The position numbers and the translations under genes are program-made. From the IMG/VR virus record IMGVR_UViG_2778261538_000001: a DNA stretch of 43,878 nt. One strand, written 5' to 3'. Position 1 is the first letter of the stretch; every line of letters starts with the position of its first letter. The notes below the pieces were generated by a model that was not told where the DNA came from, ran no database searches, and saw only the letters and a program-made list of their open reading frames with translations. Below are positions 43,585 through 43,878 of the stretch, in pieces. This DNA comes from a virus. Lineage: Duplodnaviria; Heunggongvirae; Uroviricota; Caudoviricetes.

Positions 43585-43878
43585 ATGGATATAAGCCCCT
43601 TACTTCATGCATTTTGTGCTGTGGCTGCGCAGATACTGGTTGGTCTTTTTACCGGAAACTGGGCTTACGGAGCGATAGCCGGTTGTACGTTCTTCATTGC
43701 GCGTGAACATACCCAGGCAGAATATCGCTGGATTGAAATGTTCGGGCATGGCAAGCGAATGAATATGCCGTGGTGGGGCGGTTTTGATCCGCGTGCTTGG
43801 GATGTGGCAAGCCTGATGGATTTTGCTGTGCCGGTGGTGGCGTGTCTGCTGGTCTGGCTGTTGGTTAATCGTGGGTGA
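43585..43878 (+). CDS. Small predicted inner-membrane protein, 97 aa (stop is the last codon of the window)
   Basis: Two to three hydrophobic segments (LLHAFCAVAAQILVGLF..., DFAVPVVACLLVWLLV); GGAGG RBS upstream. Confidence 0.5.
   Translation: MDISPLLHAFCAVAAQILVGLFTGNWAYGAIAGCTFFIAREHTQAEYRWIEMFGHGKRMNMPWWGGFDPRAWDVASLMDFAVPVVACLLVWLLVNRG

Overview
This window is a near-complete lambdoid prophage, read from the integrase end (position 1) to the side tail fibre region (window end). It is a mosaic. Several blocks are essentially lambda by my reading of the translations: exo-bet-gam, P-ren, cos and Nu1 through I, and the N-terminal part of stf. Other modules are non-lambda: int/xis, the immunity region, the N-terminal (DNA-binding) half of O with its iterons, a nin/Q/lysis region of DLP12/phage-21 type carrying emrE and an intact nmpC-type porin, and the C-terminal ends of J and stf. 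Two accessory modules sit at classic moron hotspots and are the best candidates for undescribed biology. (1) A minimal Hanks-type Ser/Thr kinase plus PP2C phosphatase pair lies immediately downstream of cI, where lambda carries rexA-rexB, and is closed by a terminator. (2) A convergent pair between Rz/Rz1 and cos, where lambda carries bor, consists of a small PD-(D/E)xK-like protein and a 355-aa uncharacterised protein. A third AT-rich island (emrE, large serine recombinase, secreted alpha/beta-hydrolase) is inserted between ren and the ninB-like gene. All identifications come from reading the supplied translations and sequence; no database search was run.
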